Of a stretch of 64,000 nt of DNA, positions 47,219 to 56,913 are shown in pieces. The notes under the pieces are model-generated. The model was not told the origin of the DNA. It did no database searches and saw only the letters and a program-made list of their open reading frames with translations. Position numbers and translations under genes: made by a program. The stretch spans positions 608,001 to 672,000 of the forward strand of contig CAWHFW010000005.1 in NCBI GenBank assembly GCA_963828735.1, written 5' to 3'. Origin of the DNA: an uncultured Gemmatimonadales bacterium (GTDB lineage Bacteria > Gemmatimonadota > Gemmatimonadetes > Gemmatimonadales > GWC2-71-9). Positions within the stretch are counted from its first letter, which is position 1; each line of letters starts with the position of its first letter.

Positions 47219-47395
47219 TCAGAACTCGCGCTTCTTCATCTCCTTGAAGAGACGGCGGGTCTCGGGGTCTTCCTCCTGCGAGCGCTGGCGCAGCGTCGGG
47301 TCGAATTGCACCTCCCGCTCGCTCTTGGGGGGAACGACCTTGGCGGCGTTTTTCTTGGCCAGGGCGGCGAGCCGCTGGTCCTCGCGTTTGGACAT
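47219..47395 (-). CDS. Small charged 58-aa protein, absent from the ORF track
   Basis: MSKREDQRLAALAKKNAAKVVPPKSEREVQFDPTLRQRSQEEDPETRRLFKEMKKREF*; GGAGG 8 nt upstream; G/C third codon positions. Confidence 0.7.
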   Translation of the reverse strand: MSKREDQRLAALAKKNAAKVVPPKSEREVQFDPTLRQRSQEEDPETRRLFKEMKKREF

Positions 47396-47485
47396 CCGGG
47401 ATGCCTCCGGCAGCGTGGGTTCCGCGAAGCGTGGGGTTCCGCGAAAAGTAGCTGGACGCGTGACGAGAGTCAGGCACCCCCGGCC

Positions 47486-49006
47486 CTACCAGCAGGTGGT
47501 CGGCCCGGCACACGTCTTCATCGCCGCCAGGTGGTCCGCGAGCCGCTTCCGAATGGCAGCATAGGCTGGGTCCGCGTGGCGGCTCGCCACCTCCGCCGAG
47601 TCGATGCCCAGGTCGTAAAACTCGCGATCGCCGTTGCCATACTCGGTGTACACGTACCTGCCCTGCCGGATGGACCAGAAGACGGAGGCGGGACCTCCCA
47701 GAGGACTGTCTTCGACCATCACGTACCGCCCCGGCGAGGTACCCCAACTGGACTGTCCCTGCAGCAGTGGCCACAGGCTTTGACCGTCCATGATCCGGCG
47801 CGGTGTGGCTCCCGTGGTCGCGACGATCGTGGGCGCCAAATCGACATTCGCGACGGCCGCCGAGTTTCGCCCGCCCATGGCGATCCCCGGACCGCGGATC
47901 AGGAGCGGCACCTTTACCGCGGGTTCGTAGGGAAGAGTCTTGCCGAACTCGATCCGGTGCTCGCCCTGGAACCAGCCGTTGTCGGACGTGTAGATCACCA
48001 GCGTGTTCTGCAGCACGCCGACGTTCTGCAGTGCCTTGACAATGCTGCCAACCCCTTCGTCCACGGCCAGCAGCGACTCCAGCCGCAGCCGGTACGCCTT
48101 CTGAAGATCGGTCTTCTGGGTCGACGTGAGCAGCGGACGGCTGCGCATGCTCGCCGGCTTGTCCGTCATGTCGGCTTCGTTGAAGGCCGGCGATTTCGGC
48201 AGGACTTCAGCGGCGAAGCGTCCCTGGTGCCGTGGGGCGGGGACCGCGGTCTGGATCGTCGTCCCGTCGTTCTCTTCGGAGGCATTGGCCCAATGCGGCG
48301 CGAGGTACGTGACGAAGAGGAAGAACGGCTTGCCGCCCGCGGCGGCCGTCCGCCCCCGTCGGGTGATGAAGTCGACGGCCTTGCGGGTGTAGAAGTCCGA
48401 CTGATACTGGTCCGGGGCGCTGCCGTGTGAGACAACGGTCCCGTTCTGATTCACCTTGTAGCCGTAGTATTTGTATGCCGACTGGCCGAGGGAACCGAAC
48501 CACTCGGTGTACCCGGGCGGAATCGCCGTCGAGTCCACCTCCCCGTACCCGTTGAGGTACTTGCCGATGTGCCCGGTGACGTAGCCCGCCTGCTGCAGCC
48601 AGACCGGAAGCGTGTTGGTGTGGTCCAGCTTGTGGTATCCCCCCTCTGTCCCACCGTTGCTCCGAACCCCGTGATTGTGCGGATATTGTCCGGTCAAGAA
48701 CGTGGCACGGGAGGGACAGCAGAGTGAATACGTGACCACGCTGTTCCGAAACGTCATCCCGGCCGACCCGATCAGACTACGGGTCTGCGTCATGACGCGC
48801 ATCTCTTCGACCGTTTGGTCATCGCTCATGATCACCACGACGTTCGGACGCCCGACGGCGCTCGCCAGGATGGCTCCGCCTGCCGTGTCGGCCGCGGTCA
48901 CCCGGACGCTCGGCGCCGTCATCTCGGGGTCGGTCGAGCAGGCGGAGACGGACACCGAGGCTATCGCGAAGCCGCGCCATAGCGCGGCAGAGATCCGGCC
49001 CTGCAT
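47486..49006 (-). CDS. Cys-type sulfatase (N-acetylglucosamine-6-sulfatase-like), probable lipoprotein
   Basis: PNVVVIMSDDQ, CCPSRATFLTG, GKYLNGY, APH, YTSDNG, GK.LPYE; start position uncertain. Confidence 0.9.
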   Translation of the reverse strand: MQGRISAALWRGFAIASVSVSACSTDPEMTAPSVRVTAADTAGGAILASAVGRPNVVVIMSDDQTVEEMRVMTQTRSLIGSAGMTFRNSVVTYSLCCPSRATFLTGQYPHNHGVRSNGGTEGGYHKLDHTNTLPVWLQQAGYVTGHIGKYLNGYGEVDSTAIPPGYTEWFGSLGQSAYKYYGYKVNQNGTVVSHGSAPDQYQSDFYTRKAVDFITRRGRTAAAGGKPFFLFVTYLAPHWANASEENDGTTIQTAVPAPRHQGRFAAEVLPKSPAFNEADMTDKPASMRSRPLLTSTQKTDLQKAYRLRLESLLAVDEGVGSIVKALQNVGVLQNTLVIYTSDNGWFQGEHRIEFGKTLPYEPAVKVPLLIRGPGIAMGGRNSAAVANVDLAPTIVATTGATPRRIMDGQSLWPLLQGQSSWGTSPGRYVMVEDSPLGGPASVFWSIRQGRYVYTEYGNGDREFYDLGIDSAEVASRHADPAYAAIRKRLADHLAAMKTCAGPTTCW

Positions 49007-49175
49007 GGTGCACCTCACTTCCCGTTCACGGCTCCATGGCAATGACTCCATGGTGCGGAAGTTCACGAGGCGCGCCTGAGGCTATGGTGAACGAGTCGTG
49101 AAGATTTCAGTAGGCCAGGCGAGACCGTCGCTGGTGCTGGATTCGGGCTCGCGTGCCATTGAGCCGCTCTTCAAC

Positions 49176-49203
49176 TTGACGGCGCTGCCAATCCGGCTAA
49201 CCT
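49176..49203 (+). promoter_or_regulatory. Putative sigma-70 promoter
   Basis: TTGACG-16 nt-TAACCT upstream of ATG 49250. Confidence 0.4.
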
Positions 49204-49249
49204 GTTCTTCCCGACCACCGACCTTTCCGTCCTCACCAGCGAGCCGCCG

Positions 49250-50824
49250 ATGCCCTCCACCCCTCCCGTCATCCTCCTCGGCCTCGACGCCGCCGAGATC
49301 GACGTGGTGGATCGCCTCATCGCCACCGGCCGCATGCCGAATCTGGCCAAGCTGCGTGACCAGGGCCGCTGGGGCCGGCTCCAGACCGAGCCCCCTCACT
49401 TCCTGAGCCTGGTCTGGTCCACACTCTTCTGCGGGTCGCGCGTGGGCGATCAGGGCTGGTACTTCAACAAGATCTGGAACCCCGATCGCCAGCGGCTGCA
49501 GTACGTCGACCCCTCGTGGCTCCCCGTGCAGCCGTTCTGGCTGTCGCTCGACCCGGCGTACCGCGTCGCGATCCTCGACCTGCCGTATGCGACCCAGCTC
49601 CCGACGCGGCCCAACATGACGACGCTGCACGGGTGGCAGTGCCACGACGCCTTTGGACACGATTCGCTGCCGCCGGATCTGTGGGCGCGGCTCCTGGAGC
49701 GGCACGGCAAGCCGCGGATGACCGCGGAAGTCTTCGGCCCTCAGACCGCCGCGACCCTGCTGGCCCAGCGGCAGGAGGTGCTGGAGGGAAACCGCCAGTT
49801 CGCCGACATCTGCCGCGACCTGTTGACGCACGATCGCTTCGATCTGTTCCTGGCCGTGTTCGGTCTGGTGCATCGGGGCGCGCACTATTTGTGGGATTTG
49901 TCGCAGATCGGCCGCGACGATGGGGACGGGCCCACCCGCGCGGTGCTGGAAGGCGGCCTGGACGACAGCTACGCGTCCGGCGACGAGGCCCTGGGCCGGG
50001 TGCTCGACGCCGCGCCGGCCGATGCGCGCGTGGTCGTGTTCGCGCTCCACGGCATGGGGCCCAATGACGGCTGGTACGAGTTCCTGCCTCGCATTCTCGA
50101 GCGGATCCACAGTGGCGCGGACGGCGGCGGCGCGCGGGCCAGACCCGGCCTGCTGTTCCGCTTCAAGCGGGCCCTGCCGTGGACGCTGGCGCGCCAGGTA
50201 ACCCGCCGAATCCCCGCTGCCTGGAACAAGGCCCTGGTCCCGCTGTGGTCCCGTCGCATGCACGACTGGCCCAGCACGAGGTACTTCGCCCTGCCCATGG
50301 ACTACAACGGCTACGTCCGCCTCAACCTCAAGGGGCGCGAGCAACAGGGCAGCGTCGACCCGGCGGACGCCGATCGCGTGCTCGCCGAGGTCGACACCGC
50401 GCTCCGAACCTTCCGGGACATCGCCACCGGCAAGCCGGTGATCCGGGGCACGATCAAGGTGGACGAGCTCATCTCCCCCACCGCGCCACGCCGCCGCTAT
50501 CTACCCGATCTGGTCGTGCTGTGGGATCCGCCGGGCCCGGCGTGGGCGTCCCTGGGCGTGGTCTCCGACCAGTTCGGCGAGATTCGCTTCCCCCAGGGCC
50601 GGAAGCTGGCCTCCGGCCGCTCGGGCAACCACACCCCCCATGGCTGGTTCATCGCCAAGGGGCCCGGGATCCCGCCGGGGCGGAGCGCCCGGACCTACGA
50701 CACCGCCGACCTCATGCCCACCATCTTCCAGTGGCTCGGCGCGCCGCGGCCGCCCCATTTCGCCGGCCGCCCGATCGAGGAGCTGGTGGGCGATCAGCGC
50801 GACCCCGCGATGGCGTCCAGGTAG
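49250..50824 (+). CDS. Alkaline phosphatase superfamily / type I phosphodiesterase-nucleotide pyrophosphatase-like protein
   Basis: ILLGLDAA, GRMPNL, H..AH..W, VRLNLKGRE, SGNH..HGWFIAKGPG, DLMPTI. Confidence 0.8.
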   Translation: MPSTPPVILLGLDAAEIDVVDRLIATGRMPNLAKLRDQGRWGRLQTEPPHFLSLVWSTLFCGSRVGDQGWYFNKIWNPDRQRLQYVDPSWLPVQPFWLSLDPAYRVAILDLPYATQLPTRPNMTTLHGWQCHDAFGHDSLPPDLWARLLERHGKPRMTAEVFGPQTAATLLAQRQEVLEGNRQFADICRDLLTHDRFDLFLAVFGLVHRGAHYLWDLSQIGRDDGDGPTRAVLEGGLDDSYASGDEALGRVLDAAPADARVVVFALHGMGPNDGWYEFLPRILERIHSGADGGGARARPGLLFRFKRALPWTLARQVTRRIPAAWNKALVPLWSRRMHDWPSTRYFALPMDYNGYVRLNLKGREQQGSVDPADADRVLAEVDTALRTFRDIATGKPVIRGTIKVDELISPTAPRRRYLPDLVVLWDPPGPAWASLGVVSDQFGEIRFPQGRKLASGRSGNHTPHGWFIAKGPGIPPGRSARTYDTADLMPTIFQWLGAPRPPHFAGRPIEELVGDQRDPAMASR

Positions 50825-51954
50825 ACCTGTTCCACTCGCGCGGCCATCTGCTCCCACGAGAACTCGCGCCGGACCTGGGCGCGCGCGGCGTCGCCCAGCG
50901 TCCGCGCCAGCGCGCGGTCGGTGAGCAGCCGCTCGATCGCCCCGGCCATCGCGGCCGTATCGCCGTCCGGCACGCACAGGCCGCTCACCTCGTGCCGCAG
51001 CGGCACCGCCGAGCCCTCGAACGAGACGATCGGCAGACCCGCGGCCATGTAGTTGAGCAGCTTCTGCGGGATGCCGGCGCTTCGGACCCGGGGGTTGACC
51101 GCGACCGTCGCGGCGGCCAGCAGCGCCGGCTGCTCCGCGAACGTGGCCCGCCGTACCTCGACGGCATCCAGCACGCCGAGCTGCCGCGCCAGCGGCTCGA
51201 AGGGCGTGAACGGCGAGTCCGTCACGATCACGAGACGCACGTCGGCCCGGCGCGCATGCAGCGCGGCGAACGCCTCGAGCATGAGGTTCACCCCCTGATA
51301 GGGGGCGAGGTTGCCGGTGAAGATGACGGTGTGACCGTCCGGCGCACTCCCCCGCTCGGCCGGGAAGCGCTCCCACTCCACCCCGCTGGGAATGACGTGC
51401 ACGCGCTCGGGCGCGCAGGCGCCGAGGGTCGTGAGCCTGTCGCGGATCGCTTCGCTGACGGCGATGATGCGGTCGGCCCGTCGTGGCAGGTGACCGTCGA
51501 GCCACGGAGCCACCGCCCGGATCCAGCCGCGTGGCACACCGAGCGGATAGGTGGGCAGCTCGCTCGTGAGCAGTGTGTGAGCGTCGTACACGATCGGGAC
51601 GTCCCGGAGCGCGCGGGACGCGACGAGCAGTCCCTCGTAATGATGCGCGTGGACGAGGTCGAAGCGGTGCTCGCGATGCAGGCGGCGCAGCAGGGCCACG
51701 AGCATCGGGTCGAGCTGGCAAAGCTTCCGGACCGTGGGGCCGGGATCGGTGCGGCGATAGCTGGGGACGTCGCGGATCCGGTGGACGACGTAGGGCGCGT
51801 CGGCCACCGCCTCGCCCAGGTGGTAGGTCGCGACATGGACGTCGTGCCCCCGGCGCGCCACGGCTTCGGCCATGCGCTCGATCCGGACGGGCGTGCCGCG
51901 CGGCCAGGGAAACGGGCAGGCCGCGATCATGGCGACGCGCAGGGGCTCAGTCAT
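50794..51954 (-). CDS. Glycosyltransferase family 4
   Basis: DLVHAH, FTGNLAPYQG, GIPQKLLNYMAAGLPIV, FSWE. Confidence 0.9.
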   Translation of the reverse strand: MTEPLRVAMIAACPFPWPRGTPVRIERMAEAVARRGHDVHVATYHLGEAVADAPYVVHRIRDVPSYRRTDPGPTVRKLCQLDPMLVALLRRLHREHRFDLVHAHHYEGLLVASRALRDVPIVYDAHTLLTSELPTYPLGVPRGWIRAVAPWLDGHLPRRADRIIAVSEAIRDRLTTLGACAPERVHVIPSGVEWERFPAERGSAPDGHTVIFTGNLAPYQGVNLMLEAFAALHARRADVRLVIVTDSPFTPFEPLARQLGVLDAVEVRRATFAEQPALLAAATVAVNPRVRSAGIPQKLLNYMAAGLPIVSFEGSAVPLRHEVSGLCVPDGDTAAMAGAIERLLTDRALARTLGDAARAQVRREFSWEQMAARVEQVYLDAIAGSR

Positions 51955-53236
51955 CGTGGATCGCGATCGCGGTCTCGAGCTGCTGCTCCGGCTCCAGGGC
52001 CATCCGCGGGTGCCGGGCCATGCTCCGGTAGGCGTCGGCGATCAGCCACACGGCGACGAAGGTCTGCGAGACGACCGTCACCCACGCCGCCCCCAGCGCG
52101 CCGTAGCGCGGGATGGCCACCAGGTTGAGGATCACGTTGAGGGCGACGCCGAAGGCCATGATGACGACGGCGCGCCATTCCCGTATCGTGGACGACGCCA
52201 GCAGCATCGCCACCGTCGCGATGTACAGCCCCGGCACGCTCAGGTACAGCACCCGGAGCACCTCGGCCGAATCATCATACGTGTTGGTGTAGACGATCCG
52301 GATGATCGGCAGGGCCAGCAGGGCCACGAGCCCCCACGCCGCCACGCCGAGGACGGCCATGCCGGCGAACATCTTGTGCATCAGGCGGCGGAGCTCGCCC
52401 CACTGCTGCCGGGACGCGAGTGCCGCGCACACTGGGAGCAGGATCAGGGTCAACGGCCGGACCACGAATTGGGACGCCTCGAGCAGCTTGGCAGCCGCCT
52501 GGTAGCGGGCCACCTGCTCGTACGGCTGCAGGTAGCCCAGCATCACCGTGTCGGCGCCGAAGTGCACCAGCCCCGCGACCGAGAGCACGAAGAGCCAGAT
52601 CGACTCCTTGAAGACGCGCTGCATCCGGCGCCACCCGCTTCGCAGCCGGATGGGCCCGATCTTGAGCCGCGTGATCCCGGCCGCCACACCCAGCAGCACC
52701 GCGCCGCTCAGCACGTGGGCCCCGGTCATCCATGCCAGCCCGCCGCCGGTCAGGGCACCGGCAGCTACCGCCAGCACGAGCGCGACGAGCGACGCCCCGA
52801 ACGCCACGACCGTGTACCCGATCTGATGGAGCCCCTGGAAGAGCGAGGAGTAGGTGCGGTAGATGTCCTTGCACACGCTGAACACGGCGATGGCCGCGGC
52901 CACCGCCAAGGCGTCCGGCTTGGTGACCGCCACCCAGGCGGGCAGGAGCACGAGATACGCCGCGACGAGGGGCAGGCGCGCCGACAGCACGGCCTCGAGC
53001 CGGCGCCGGGCCCCGGCGGGCGCGGCCGCCACTCGGCGCGACAGGTCCGTGCTGGCGCCCAGGTCCGTGGCGAGCACGGTCACCCCGCAGAGGGTGAGGG
53101 CGAACATCAGCTTGCCGTACTCCGCCTGGGACAGCAGCCGTGCCATGACGGCGAGCACGACGAAGCCGAGCACCTTGAAGGCCAGCTGCGAGGCGAAGGC
53201 GATCACCAGGTCACGCCGGATCTTCCCCTTCCTCAT
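51947..53236 (-). CDS. Wzx-type oligosaccharide flippase
   Basis: ARLL...EYG, TDLG, DTVMLG, NLVAIPRYGALGAAW; many TMs. Confidence 0.88.
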   Translation of the reverse strand: MRKGKIRRDLVIAFASQLAFKVLGFVVLAVMARLLSQAEYGKLMFALTLCGVTVLATDLGASTDLSRRVAAAPAGARRRLEAVLSARLPLVAAYLVLLPAWVAVTKPDALAVAAAIAVFSVCKDIYRTYSSLFQGLHQIGYTVVAFGASLVALVLAVAAGALTGGGLAWMTGAHVLSGAVLLGVAAGITRLKIGPIRLRSGWRRMQRVFKESIWLFVLSVAGLVHFGADTVMLGYLQPYEQVARYQAAAKLLEASQFVVRPLTLILLPVCAALASRQQWGELRRLMHKMFAGMAVLGVAAWGLVALLALPIIRIVYTNTYDDSAEVLRVLYLSVPGLYIATVAMLLASSTIREWRAVVIMAFGVALNVILNLVAIPRYGALGAAWVTVVSQTFVAVWLIADAYRSMARHPRMALEPEQQLETAIAIHDD

Positions 53237-54300
53237 GAGTCGCGTCCGCCCGCCAACCGCCAGTTAAGCCTGGCGACCAGGTCGAGCGCGCGCTGCGCCG
53301 CGCCCTCGAGCGCGGAATGCCGCCACCTCGGGTTGTAGGGAAAGGGACCGGCGGTCAGGACCTCGAGGTCCCGGCGTCGCCGGCTGGTCCGCATGTCCCG
53401 GCGCACGTCGCGCACATGGGGCAGCATCCGGACCGTCGATCCGGCCGCCCAGAGCCAATGCCCGATCCAGCCTTTCCTGACCGCGCCGAGCAACTGGAAC
53501 GTCTCGAACACGCCCAGCGCCGGCGCGAACCGGAGCAGCGTGCCCGGCTGGTACAGCATCAGGACCGTCAACCAGCGGTTGCGAATGGTGTGGCGGACCC
53601 GGAAGGGGGTGAAGCGTCCGGTCTCGCGGACCGAGAGGCCGATGGTGCCGGCCCGGTGCAGGCAGCGGGCCGCCGGCACGATGAGGCAGTCGTACCCCTG
53701 GAGGCTGGCTCTGAGGCCGAACTCATGGTCCTCCAGATAGATGAAGAGACCCTCGTCGAACCAGCGCCGGTCGCCGAAGCGCGCCCGGTCCACCATCACG
53801 CAGCAGGTGATCGCGCTCCCCACGGCACGGACGACGTCCTCCAACTCGGCCGCGGGCGTGTCCGCCCGGAGCGGCGCCGTCGTCCCGAGGAAGTGCGGCA
53901 CGGCGCCGGCGTACTGGACCGTGTCGGGCGCGTGCTCGTAGAGCACCGCCGCCATCGCCAGGATCGCGCTGGCGTGCCCGTCGAGCGCCGCGGAGAGCGC
54001 CTCCACGCTGCCGGGCTGCGGCTCGACGTCGTTGTCGATCAGCAGGACCCGGTCGTGCGCCGCCTCGCGGATGGCGCGGTTGCGGGCCGCGGCGGGGCCG
54101 AGGTTGGCGCCCAGCTCGATCACGCGGAGCCGGGGGGCTTCCGCGCGCGCGAGCGCCACGCCGCCGTCGGCGGAGCCGCTGTCGATGAGCAGCACGTCGT
54201 CCACGGCAGGGCCCAGCCGGGCCACCGCGCGGAGCGTCTGCCGCAGGTACGACTCCCCATTGTGGTTCACGATCCCGACGGAGACGCGACGAGCGGCCAC
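53233..54300 (-). CDS. Glycosyltransferase family 2
   Basis: VGIVNHNG, IDSGSADG, NLGPAAARN, IDND, FDEGLFIYLED. Confidence 0.88.
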   Translation of the reverse strand: MAARRVSVGIVNHNGESYLRQTLRAVARLGPAVDDVLLIDSGSADGGVALARAEAPRLRVIELGANLGPAAARNRAIREAAHDRVLLIDNDVEPQPGSVEALSAALDGHASAILAMAAVLYEHAPDTVQYAGAVPHFLGTTAPLRADTPAAELEDVVRAVGSAITCCVMVDRARFGDRRWFDEGLFIYLEDHEFGLRASLQGYDCLIVPAARCLHRAGTIGLSVRETGRFTPFRVRHTIRNRWLTVLMLYQPGTLLRFAPALGVFETFQLLGAVRKGWIGHWLWAAGSTVRMLPHVRDVRRDMRTSRRRRDLEVLTAGPFPYNPRWRHSALEGAAQRALDLVARLNWRLAGGRDS

Positions 54301-54426
54301 GGATACCTGTCGTGTCTGGGGAGCGAGCGACGTTGACGCGGATTGGTGTCGCCATTAGAGATCGGCGGGCATTCCTCTGATCGCCGGACCTCCGGGTCGG
54401 CCGAATAATACCACGGACCCCCCACC

Positions 54427-56046
54427 ATGATCCTCGATGGCCAGCAGGGACTCGGGCACGAGCTGCCGCACTACGACCTCTGCATCGTCGGCGCCGGCGC
54501 GGCGGGCATCACGCTGGCCCTGGAGCTCGAGGGAACGGGATTGCGCGTGTGCCTGCTGGAAGCGGGCGGGCCGGGATACGAGGCGGAGACCCAGCGCCTG
54601 CTCGAGGGCGAGGTCGTCGGCCAGCCGTATCCCATGCTCCGGGACACCCGGGTCGGCGCCCTCGGCGGCTCCACCACCGTGTGGGCGGGCTGGTGCCGTC
54701 CGCTCGAGGCGCTGGACTTGGAGCCCCGGGACTGGTGCGGCGCCGCCGGATGGCCCTTCGGCCTCGACGAGCTTCGTCCCTGGTACGTCCGAGCCCACGA
54801 GATCTGCGGGCTCGCCGCCTTCGAGTACGCCCCCGAGCGCTGGGCCCACGTCCTCGGCCCGCCCGGAATGCTGCCCGACGATCCCGCCTTCGCCAACGAG
54901 ATCTTTCACGTCCAGATCCAGGACTTCGGCCGGCGCTATCGGGAGCGGCTCGAGCGATCGACGGCCATCGATCTGCTGCTGCACGCCCCGGTCACGCGCC
55001 TGCGTCTGGAGGGCTCGGCCTGCACGGCGGTCGAGATCCGCACGCTCGGCGGAGCCGACCTGGCCATCCGCGCGGACCGGTTCGTGCTCGCCGCCGGCGG
55101 CATCGAGAATCCCAGGCTCCTGCTGGTCTCCGCGGCCGACCCGGCCGGCGGGCCCGGTAATGCCGGCGGGCTCGTCGGCCGCTATTTCGCCGATCACGCG
55201 TTCGTCGATCCGGGGACCCTGGTCCTGCGGGAGCCGGCCTCGCTGGGCTTCTATCACGGGCGTTCGGTGGACTCGGCCCCAGGGGCCGCGTCCGTCCGGG
55301 GGGCCCTCTCACTCCGCCGCGAGGTCGTGGAGCGCGAGCGCCTCATGAACGCGGCCTGGTGGTTCCATCCCCGCTACGAGGCCCATCGGGCCTTCGCGAC
55401 CGAGGAGGTCAAGGCCTTCCTGCAGCTCTGGAACAAGTTCCAACGGCGAGGGGTCCCGGGAGCGGTCTGGCCGTATGCCAAGCAGGCCGCGAGAGCACCT
55501 CACCGGGTGGCCGCGGCGATGGCGCGGAAGCTTCTGGTGCGCCAGGGGACCGCCCGGCGCTGGCGCATGCGCGCGTCCTTCGAGATCGCGTTCCGGCACG
55601 ACAACCGCGTCACGCTGAGCGACGCGCGCGACCGACTCGGCAGGCCCAAGGTCCGCATCGACTGGCAGGTCGCCGAGTCGGACATCGAGAACATGCGCCG
55701 GGTGACGCAGCTTCTCGACCAGGCCGTCCGGCAGGCCGGCGTCGGCTACCTGGAGCGCGCCTTTCCGGACGATTCCGCGGCGTGGCGGCGGACCCTGGAG
55801 GCCGGCAAGCACCACATGGGAACCACCCGGATGCACGCCGCGTCACGACACGGCGTTGTGGACGAGCACGGCCGGGTCCACGGGACGACGAACCTGTTCG
55901 TCACCGGTAGCTCGGTCTTTCCGAGCGGTGGGTATGCCAATCCCACGCTGACGATCGTCGCACTGGCGGCTCGGCTGGGGGATCATCTCAAGCGGGTGAC
56001 CGGCGCCCTCAGGCCCGCGCCTGGGGCCATCGCGGGGCGCGAGTGA
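54427..56046 (+). CDS. GMC family FAD oxidoreductase
   Basis: IVGAGAAG, LGGST.VW.G, LAAGGIENPRLLL, HHMGTTRM, GSSVFPSGGYANPTLTIVALA. Confidence 0.9.
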   Translation: MILDGQQGLGHELPHYDLCIVGAGAAGITLALELEGTGLRVCLLEAGGPGYEAETQRLLEGEVVGQPYPMLRDTRVGALGGSTTVWAGWCRPLEALDLEPRDWCGAAGWPFGLDELRPWYVRAHEICGLAAFEYAPERWAHVLGPPGMLPDDPAFANEIFHVQIQDFGRRYRERLERSTAIDLLLHAPVTRLRLEGSACTAVEIRTLGGADLAIRADRFVLAAGGIENPRLLLVSAADPAGGPGNAGGLVGRYFADHAFVDPGTLVLREPASLGFYHGRSVDSAPGAASVRGALSLRREVVERERLMNAAWWFHPRYEAHRAFATEEVKAFLQLWNKFQRRGVPGAVWPYAKQAARAPHRVAAAMARKLLVRQGTARRWRMRASFEIAFRHDNRVTLSDARDRLGRPKVRIDWQVAESDIENMRRVTQLLDQAVRQAGVGYLERAFPDDSAAWRRTLEAGKHHMGTTRMHAASRHGVVDEHGRVHGTTNLFVTGSSVFPSGGYANPTLTIVALAARLGDHLKRVTGALRPAPGAIAGRE

Positions 56047-56098
56047 TGCGGTAACTTGGTTGGAAGGTTGAGCCGAGCACGCCAAGGAGACCTAATCA

Positions 56099-56494
56099 AT
56101 GACGCTCGAATGCATCAATCCCAAAGATCTGCCTACTCCGCAAACGTACACCCAGGTCGTCGTTGCGACGGGAAGCAAGATGGTATTCGTATCGGGCCAG
56201 GAGCCCGAAGACATACATGGCAAGCTTGTTGGCCCTGATGATCTTGCTACTCAGGCGCGCCAGGTGTTTGGCAATCTCGGCCGAGCACTTGCTGCTGCCG
56301 GTGCGCGGCCTGCGCAGGTCACCAGGATCACAATCTACGTCGTCAATTACAAACGCGACGAATGCTTGCCGATTATTGAAAAGGCCCGGATAGCGCTGTT
56401 CGGAGATCACAAGCCAGCGGACGTGGTGCTCGGCGTAGCGACGCTGTCCCCCGACTACCTGATCGAAGTTGACGCGATCGCGATCATTGATTGA
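56099..56494 (+). CDS. RidA/YjgF family protein, visibly lower GC than its neighbours
   Basis: YTQVVV...VFVSGQ, QARQVFGNL, LIEVDAIA; AAGGAG RBS. Confidence 0.88.
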   Translation: MTLECINPKDLPTPQTYTQVVVATGSKMVFVSGQEPEDIHGKLVGPDDLATQARQVFGNLGRALAAAGARPAQVTRITIYVVNYKRDECLPIIEKARIALFGDHKPADVVLGVATLSPDYLIEVDAIAIID

Positions 56495-56526
56495 CCATAC
56501 CACCGAGATTGACCATACCACCGAGA
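56491..56526 (+). repeat. 18-bp perfect tandem duplication
   Basis: TTGACCATACCACCGAGA x2. Confidence 0.9.
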
Positions 56527-56776
56527 GCTACACAAGGACGCGGTAGAGCATCTCTCCGGGGATGCCCTGCGGGAGATTGACGCCTTCCTCCGGAAGTCGG
56601 GCAAGGTCATCATCCCGTCTACGGTACGGGAGGTACTAAGACAAGCACCTAGCCGCCCCGGTGTTATCCCCGCAGGTCCAAAATCACCCCAAGACGGGCA
56701 ACCGGGAAACAAGAGCGGCAACAAGCCCGGTTGCCCGTAACCTGTCGCCGCTCTGGCTAAATCCGTTGTCTTGTTC

Positions 56777-56821
56777 AGGCTCCCGAGGAGGGACTCGAAT
56801 CCCCGACCCGGTGATTAACAG
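56777..56821 (-). repeat. att site: duplicated 3' part of tRNA-Asn
   Basis: 44/45 identical to 60711-60755; identity ends at the anticodon loop CTGTTAA. Confidence 0.92.
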
Positions 56822-56913
56822 GAAGCGATAGCCCGCCGGGCGGGCCGTGCGGCGCAACGACTTGCGCGCTCGCGCCGGGCCGATGTTATCCCACTGTTAT
56901 CCTCGCGCCTGGA

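Noticed and set aside
56777..56821. Second tRNA-Asn gene
   Set aside because: Only the 3' part from the anticodon loop is present; the D-arm and 5' acceptor strand are missing.
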